From Takakia lepidozioides (Eukaryota; Plantae; Bryophyta): a stretch of DNA of 14,818 nucleotides. Below are positions 10,091 to 14,818 of the stretch, in pieces. How positions within the stretch are numbered: position 1 is the stretch's first letter; every line of letters begins with the position of its first letter. The position numbers and the translations under genes were made by a program. The notes under the pieces were generated by a model. It was not told where the DNA came from, did no database searches, and worked only from the letters and a program-made list of their open reading frames with translations. The stretch covers positions 1 through 14,818 of the forward strand of contig JAKLZA010000375.1 of the NCBI GenBank assembly GCA_030704615.1, written 5' to 3'.

Positions 10091-10370
10091 GGCACGGTGC
10101 CGGCTTATCCCCTTCAGCCGTCATCATCCGGACGGCCCCCCACTTTCTGACTGCATACCGTTGGCAGTTATTGCGCAAAGACGAGGGGCCGCATTCCCGA
10201 GACAAGGTTCATTAACACTCTGACTGTGGATTTTTGAGATAGTTGGCTCCCGGATTTGGATCAGGCTTCGTCGCTCGGACAAATCGGCATCGCATTCATC
10301 CATCGCTGCACCCCTTCTACCAGGGAGCTTCCCCGCACGCCATCCTGGCAGTCTTGTGTGCACATCTCCC

Positions 10371-13300
10371 ATGGCGGAAAACCGAGCGCTACAGTGTACT
10401 GCCCTCCTCACGAGCATAGAGCTTCATTCCGTGCAGAGGGGACACCTGCCGGGTGATGGAGAAATATCTGTGCGTTCGATACCACCTGAAACGGGGTCGG
10501 TTTTTTTTTGGAGGAGGAAAGGAAGGACTCAAACGGCCTTGTTGTCGAGAGTATTGTTGTGCTCCACGATGATTTCGGCGATGGCAGGGAATGGCGAGTT
10601 CCCACATCGGACAGCGTCATATACAGGGCTGTTGGGGACTTCATTTGCCCGCCAAATGCACCGTCTATCCTGGCGCCTTCCACGAAACAATCCGCGAATC
10701 AGAGAGTGGGTACCTCAAAGAGAGAAGTCCGCAACGAAGTAAATCCAGAGCCGAACCCATCCATGAAGACGACCGAGAACCGGGTTGTTCACAACCTGTC
10801 CGACTCAGACGAGGTCATGGAAGTTCCGAGGTCGTCCTGGAGATCAGGCAAGTCCTCAATGGACGTCAGTGGAGGAGGGAGTCATATTCCCAGCACGAGC
10901 ACCGCAGTTCGATCTATTCTAGAAATTCTGCGAGGGCTTCACCTGGAGGGACACCGGTCGGAGCTGGCCGGGCTGGATACAGCAAGTTCGCAATTAAATC
11001 GGTTACATGCCTTCCCGCCGACGTCGACGGTAATGTCTTCTTTGAGTTCCCTCCTCGGGCGGACTACTCGAGGGCGTCCGGAATGTTGACAGATATGGAT
11101 AGAAAACATGACGGTCATCCTTGGTGCGTTACCAAAACCACCAGCATGAAGATGCTTGATGGTGTGCGGGTGCGCTACGTTGTTTGTGCGGGCGCGTTGC
11201 GGTGTTTTTCCCCCAACTTGCTTCCACTTAAATCCAGAGGTCACAGGAACGAGACCGATTGGACAGGCACAGCTCACCAACCATTTCGAGCTCAGGAGAA
11301 GGTTCCGAACTCCACATTTAAGTGGCGCATTGCAAAGAACCACCACACTGCATGTCTGTTTGTAATGCCAAGCAGTTCTATGTGTTGCACCGTTTCCCTG
11401 ACCTCACCCGAGCTTGCATACACGTTGGTTCCCATTGTCACAAATTGGCGAGAGGGAACTCGCGGGAGGCTGCCCACGAAGCAGAGCAGCTCGTTCAGGA
11501 GGAGGTTAAGTTGAGACCGGGTGCCAAAACCAAACAGATACAGCTCCAAGCCGCCCATAAGATGGCATTGGCCAGAATTATGTCGGAAGACGGCTCGGAT
11601 AGAGTTCCTCTCGACGAGAAGGAAATGGAGGCATTGCTAGTGTCCACGTATGTTCACCGAATGTCCGAAACCACATTGTCTCTTGCAAACAGAAAATTGG
11701 GCGTGGCTCGGATATGCACTCCATTCTGGAGGTGAAGCGACGATGTGGATATGACTACATTCATGGAAGTAGGTTTCCAGGACAAGGGACTGAGGCAGAT
11801 CGTTGTTTCGTATTCAAAATGTCCACGTGTGGACCTGGCAGTGGCGTCGAACTGGTCGACAGGATGACGAGTGGGAACTTGTCAAACAGTTGGGTCATGT
11901 TCGACCTATCAAGCAATTACAAATCACCAGTGGGTGACAATGGGTGCACATGTCTACGACACCCACTGCAGGATGCTAATGACAATTGCTATTTGTGAGA
12001 TGAAAGGAGAGGACACACAATCGGAGATGCTTCTTTGGCAGGGAATAAACGAACAGATGGCCAAGGCGGGATTGCCCCCTCCCAATTTCCGTGGTTTCAT
12101 GGCGGACAACGCACAAGCAAATGGGCTGCCATCCGAAGGGTGTACGGGCAAGACCCCAATGTTCCCATGGAAGGCAAGGAGAGATCTTGTGGGTTCCACT
12201 TTCTGCAGAGCCTTTCGCAGTACACAACCAGGCTCGTGGCGCCAGATTTCAGAGAGGAGCACCGTTCCATGTGCCTTGCGTGGAAGCGCGCTCCCACCTT
12301 GGATGATGCAGAGACACAGTTTGCATGCATACGGGCTTGGTGGACATCGTCAGGGCTGTAAGGAAATCAGACGAAGGAGCAATGGTCAGTTGGCTAGCAT
12401 GGTGGCATTATCGTTTCCTCCAGTTCGGCGACGACTATATGCGGGAGGTGAGTTGCACGAATTCGCGTCCCGTTGGATATTATTCTTGGCCATATTTGTA
12501 ACTTGCTTGTAACCTCAACATGCTTGTGCAGGAAATGTGTCTCGACTCCGACACCGACATGCCCACGACAAACATGGCCGAATCAGTGCACTCTTCCTGG
12601 CGTGCCTCCTCTGCGGCGCATCTGGTGGACATCCTCACTGCCACAACGGAGGACATTGTGAGGTCAATTATGCAGCAATGCAGGTACAACGAGTTCTTGA
12701 AAGGGAAACAGTGGGGCTTGGGGCCGGACAGGCAGGAAATGCTGATGCGGACTGCCTCCAGATCGAAGAATCCTCGGAAGGGGGCGGCGGCTTGCGAGAG
12801 GGCCTCGGGACACGCCATTGCTGCGAAGAGGCCAACATTTGGAAGGAGATGTTCATACCCGTCCAGTGAGACGAAGACTTGACGAGGCACCTGGCGGAGA
12901 AGAGGATTCATGGCGAGCTGACAAGAATATTCGCACGCTCCCTCGTGGTCCGGTGATGTTGTCCGAGGAGGTCTCGTCGAGCACCGGAAGTCCTGCACGT
13001 TCAAGATCGCCATCTCCTTTGAGCACAGGGCGCGTGCCCCGGCAACATAACGAGCCATCTGTAGTAAAGCAATACAACATTCCCATTGTGGAGACAAGAG
13101 TGTCGGAGTCACAGTGGAGAATTGCGAGGACATTGCCGGCATTCGAGGGAAGTGTTGCGCCATCCGGGTGGATACGAGAGCACGCTGTGGTGAGATGATT
13201 CGGAGGAAAACCCACAGGTGCTGTACCTGCACCTTGTTTCAGCGGCAGATTTTTGACTCCCACATTTGCTCACGCCACAACGCAGACATTTTGGTTCTGT

Positions 13301-14022
13301 AGGCACGACATAATGACCTGTGTATTTGGCAAGCCCAAGTACGGGATTCAGGGAATGCCGGAGCCTCCGGGCGTCTGGCTGTTGCACCGGGTTGCAGCCT
13401 CTCTCAGAATGAGGCGGATGCTCTATCGCAGCAGGATTTCGAATGGTGCAACGCACAGACATCCCGGCCCACGCATTTCCGGTTCCTCAGACCCAGCCAT
13501 TGCATACTGCTCGGTCAGTAGAGACGGATTGGACAATTCTGCACATCCCACAATGCGATTCGGAGAGTGAGAGAAGAGACGACACCCTCCCAACAAGTTG
13601 AATGAGACTCGGATTGCCAATGCTCTTGGGATGGCTTGCACTATTCAGAGCTCCGTGGACGTACCCCACCCGGCCTTGGGCGTGTGTATCGGATGGCAAC
13701 GGCCGGCTCGGCTGTACGCGACGATGTATACACAATTACGATTGGAGTGGAGCCGACTTGCAACTGTACGGACTTCTCGTTGATGGAAGCAAAGAAGGGT
13801 TCGAAGTATTATCCGTGCAAGCATCTGTATTACATTTACCTGAAGAGGTTGAGGATGAACGTGACTATTGATGACTTTATTCATGCACCGGCGTTGAGCG
13901 TGAACGAGCTGCACAAACTCCTCCTTAGGATTCCAGAAATCATTGATGGGGCAAACGGAATCCTCCATATGGATATTTTCAAATGCATTTGCTGTATCAG
14001 ACTTTTTTTGACAGTGTTGTAA
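10371..14022 (+). CDS. MULE-family DDE transposase (GCM/WRKY-like Zn domain, DDE, SWIM); frameshifted in this copy, one intron; start and stop approximate
   Basis: Stitched ORFs 10508-11089, 10591-11514, 11322-11735, 11714-11998, 11871-12512, 12035-12361, 12520-12882, 13114-13302 and 13636-14022. D1 in WVMFD (11903-11905), D2 in GFMADNAQAN (12105-12107), MULE CxxH motif CGFH (12188-12199), catalytic E in TTNMAESVH (12580-12582), C-terminal SWIM finger. Confidence 0.88.
11005..11442 (+). other. GCM/WRKY-superfamily-like Zn-binding DNA-binding domain of the transposase
   Basis: DGHPWCVTKTT...RYVVCAGALRC...C...HCKEPPHCMSVCNAKQFYV...RACIHVGSHCH: a W-containing strand, Cys pairs and a terminal HxH, as in WRKY-GCM1 folds used by MULE transposases. 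Recognised by pattern only. Confidence 0.65.
12448..12531 (+). other. Spliceosomal intron in the transposase (GTGAGT...TGCAG, phase 0)
   Basis: Splicing joins WWHYRFLQFGDDYMRE to EMCLDSDTDMPTTNMAESVH in frame. Confidence 0.8.
13726..13845 (+). other. SWIM zinc finger
   Basis: YTITIGVEPTCNCTDF...YYPCKHLYYIYL matches CxC-xn-CxH. Confidence 0.9.
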
Positions 14023-14102
14023 TGAAATGCACCCCAAAACTCCTGGAATGAGGCAATATTCCATTCAAACTGAGATCCAACAGAAGCAGTTCTGGGCCAT
14101 TT

Positions 14103-14400
14103 CTGGAAAAATGGCGCCGAATTCTCTTTTTGGGGCGAAAACTCGCTAAGTCCCAACATGCATGGTACTGTGTTTGAAAATGGCGCCGAATTTCTCTTTT
14201 TGGGGCCGAAAACTGGCTAAGTCCCAACATGCACTGGTACCGGTCTGAAAATGGCGCCGAATTTCTCTTTTTTGGGGCCGAAAACTGGCTAAGTCCCAAC
14301 ATGCACTGGTACAGTGTCTGGAAAAATGGCGCGAATTTCCCTTTTTGGGCCGAAAACTGGCTAAGTCCGAACATGCACTGGAAAAATGGCGCCGAAATTA
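14103..14400. repeat. Subterminal array F: ~72-bp unit, ~4 copies
   Basis: Unit GAAAAATGGCGCCGAATTTCTCTTTTTGGGGCCGAAAACTGGCTAAGTCCCAACATGCACTGGTAC. Confidence 0.93.
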
Positions 14401-14730
14401 CCTGTCATGAGGGGACCTATAGCCGCGGAATTCGGCACCATTTTCGCCAGAGAGACCTATTGCCGCGAAATACGTCGCCGTTTTTTCAGGTTACGGACCC
14501 TATTACCGCGAAATTCGGCGCCATATTTGCACATGTCGCTAGGAATTGGCATGAGCGGAAGACGAAATATCATGAGCACAACTGTCAAAAGTGCAATTTT
14601 CCCTTCAAGGGGCCGAATAATATATTTGTTTTTCCTGACACATTGCATTAAATTATGGTTTTTATTGTTTTTTATTGTTTTTATTTTCGAAATTTGTACT
14701 TTGCTCATGAAACCGATTGTGTTACTACTC

Positions 14731-14785
14731 TGCTCATGCCGCTCATGCCGCTCATGCCGCTCATGCTCATGAAATAGCAAACCTC
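14731..14785 (-). repeat. Right terminal inverted repeat with internal CTCATGCCG tandem units
   Basis: TGCTCATGCCGCTCATGCCGCTCATGCCGCTCATGCTCATGAAATAGCAAACCTC; its reverse complement aligns to the left end without gaps over the terminal ~21 nt. Confidence 0.85.
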
Positions 14786-14794
14786 GATAATTAG
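14786..14794 (+). repeat. Right target-site duplication GATAATTAG
   Basis: Identical to 769-777 and directly abuts the right TIR. Confidence 0.9.
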
Positions 14795-14818
14795 CTTTCA
14801 GATAGCTTTCTCTTTTTG

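Larger units (their letters stand above)
778..14785. mobile_element. Mutator-like (MULE) DNA transposon, ~14.0 kb, apparently full length, with transposase plus ParB-like/DNA methyltransferase-like cargo gene
   Basis: Inverted termini (left GGGGGCTGCTATTTCCTGAGC..., right reverse complement GAGGTTTGCTATTTCATGAGC...), identical 9-bp flanking direct repeats GATAATTAG (9 bp is typical of Mutator), and an internal MULE-type DDE/SWIM transposase. Confidence 0.92.

Noticed and set aside
7376-10205. Long ORFs over the repeat block (e.g. 7376-8221, 7996-8592, 8835-9506, 8866-9513, 9230-9799)
   Set aside because: These are translations of tandem palindromic DNA, open in several frames on both strands with the same MEIRRRIS/WKFGAEF peptides; an artefact of the repeats.
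11640-11702. Possible intron (GTATGT...CAG) in the transposase
   Set aside because: The segment translates plausibly as SPNVRNHIVSCKQKIG in frame with the downstream MHSILEVKRR, so a simple frameshift explains it.
10939-14064. Minus-strand ORFs such as 12480-13232 and 13645-14064
   Set aside because: They are antisense to the transposase, with no independent evidence.
778-14785. Bacterial or phage origin (ParB plus MTase) or a restriction-modification locus
   Set aside because: GT-AG introns restore conserved motifs (e.g. within DLTCGT/G), the transposase is a eukaryotic MULE with SWIM, and no endonuclease or operon structure is seen.

Overview
Eukaryotic DNA with spliceosomal introns; a non-seed land plant is my guess, not shown. 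The window holds an apparently complete ~14.0 kb Mutator-like DNA transposon (778-14785). It is bounded by imperfect terminal inverted repeats built from CATGAG/CATGAGCGG units and a perfect 9-bp target-site duplication (GATAATTAG), and it is inserted into a minus-strand ORF that reads through the reconstructed empty site. The element has two divergent genes. (i) A + strand MULE transposase: GCM/WRKY-like Zn DNA-binding domain, DDE core with CxxH, Cys-rich insert and SWIM finger. (ii) A large multi-exon - strand cargo gene combining a ParB/Sulfiredoxin-like domain (DGNHR) with a prokaryote-type beta-class N4C/N6A DNA methyltransferase-like domain (DMILLD[I]P ... DLTCGTG ... FAFEPD). Non-coding space (central intergenic block, one intron, right subterminal region) holds several tandem arrays sharing a palindromic core (GGAAATTCGGCGCCGAATTTCC), plus a ~300-bp foldback. 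Both genes carry many 1-2 bp frameshifts (read error or decay), so the protein models are manual reconstructions.
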